Assembly (NCBI GenBank): GCA_963813715.1
Contig: CAWFAK010000012.1
Coordinates: 256,001 to 320,000, forward strand
Reading direction: 5' to 3'
DNA: 64,000 bases
Origin: an uncultured Planctomycetaceae bacterium
GTDB lineage: Bacteria; Planctomycetota; Planctomycetia; Planctomycetales; Planctomycetaceae
Position numbers and translations under genes: made by a program. This document shows, in pieces, positions 62,926 to 64,000 of the stretch (positions within the stretch are counted from its first letter, which is position 1; each line of letters opens with the position of its first letter). The notes under the pieces were generated by a model. It did no database searches, was not told the DNA's origin, and worked only from the letters and a program-made list of their open reading frames with translations.

Positions 62926-64000
62926 ATGACTCGTTCCCGTCCCATGGCAGTTGTGCTGGTCGCGCTCGTGATGTTGATGAGCGCGGGCCATCTGAGCGCG
63001 AAAGGCGGCAAAGGCGGCGGTGGCGGCCATAAGGGTGGTGGCGGAGGCCACAAGGCAGCCCCCCATCGCGCCGCTCCGAAAGTTCGTCCCGCCCATCATG
63101 CCGCGGCCAAGCCCAACCGCGTGAACCGCAAGCCGCCGCCCCATAAGGCCAGCCACCCTCAGACGCACAAGCAGGCCGCACATCCCAGCAAACCGAAGGG
63201 ACCGGTGAAAGTCGCCAAGCCTGAAGACAAACACAAAGAACCACCCAAGCACGACGCGGGCAAGAAAGAACCCGGGAAGAAAGAGCCGCCCAAACCGACG
63301 AACAAGCCGAAGACGCCGCCGAAACATCCCGAGGTGAAGCCCAAGCAGCCGATCAAAACCAAGCAACCGGACAACAAGGCGAAGGATCTTGCCAAAGCGA
63401 AAGATCTCGCCAAGAAACAACTGGCGGATCGACATCGCACGCGCGACCTCCATTTCATCGGCCGCAGGCACGCCGCCGTCCATCACTTCGCCCACTACGA
63501 TCACAACCATCATCGGTACTGGTTCGATCGCCACTGGTGGTGGAACTTCGTCGACTACCCTGCCTCGTGCGACGACGGCCAGGATGTGCCGGGGGATTAT
63601 TGTGCCGACGGCGATCCCGGTTCGTGGGTGAATTACGAGGCCGCCGTGCCGCCGGAGAACGTATTGACGGAGTCGCCTCCAGCAATCCAAGAAGGCCAGG
63701 GGCTGCCGATCTCTCGCACGGGCGCCCTCTTGGCCGAGCGGCTCGATGGTCTGGACGTTGAGAACCACTGGCTGCCAGGCCAGGACGTCAGTTGGAAGAC
63801 GGGCAATCCCACCGACGACAACCCGGGGCCCGCCAGCAATGGCGGCCAGTTTGTCGCGGCAGTCTGCGCCCGGATGAAGGTCGTGATGGCCGAGCCGGTC
63901 CCCGAAGACTTCTTCCCCGAAATGCAATACGACTGGCTCGTCGATGAGGGAACAGCGAGCGGCTGGGTCGCCGTCGGCGGCGATGTCGAGGCGCAGCTGT
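62926..64000 (+). CDS. Secreted Lys/Pro/His-rich protein with a C-terminal globular domain; runs off the window end
   Basis: Manual translation from ATG 62926 (AGGAGG upstream): signal peptide, KGGGGH, KEP repeats, HHRYWFDRHWWW, LDVENHWLPG; open to 64000. Confidence 0.75.
   Translation, partial: MTRSRPMAVVLVALVMLMSAGHLSAKGGKGGGGGHKGGGGGHKAAPHRAAPKVRPAHHAAAKPNRVNRKPPPHKASHPQTHKQAAHPSKPKGPVKVAKPEDKHKEPPKHDAGKKEPGKKEPPKPTNKPKTPPKHPEVKPKQPIKTKQPDNKAKDLAKAKDLAKKQLADRHRTRDLHFIGRRHAAVHHFAHYDHNHHRYWFDRHWWWNFVDYPASCDDGQDVPGDYCADGDPGSWVNYEAAVPPENVLTESPPAIQEGQGLPISRTGALLAERLDGLDVENHWLPGQDVSWKTGNPTDDNPGPASNGGQFVAAVCARMKVVMAEPVPEDFFPEMQYDWLVDEGTASGWVAVGGDVEAQL

Overview
High-GC bacterial chromosomal window, most likely from a Planctomycete. 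The evidence is H4MPT-linked C1 genes (DUF447, mtd, fae), a PVC-type heme CxxCH protein, a giant secretin and palindromic REP-like repeats. Housekeeping genes include bamA, cysH, rplU, folP and mfd. Many genes are split by single-base indels that look like long-read errors. Main highlights: (1) an apparently complete retron at 10035-11526, with a promoter, a msr-msd-like structured RNA and an NAxxH/YADD/VTG reverse transcriptase, followed 18 nt later by an unrecognised multi-pass membrane protein that is a candidate effector; (2) an accessory region at about 42-53 kb with no visible integrase, in which the 3' end of an aldo/keto reductase gene recurs three times with increasing decay, bracketing cargo blocks; (3) a 983-bp IS inserted inside a REP-like palindrome with a TCAC target duplication; (4) an unexplained non-coding direct-repeat array at 52072-52680. 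All calls come from reading the sequence and motifs; no database searches were run.
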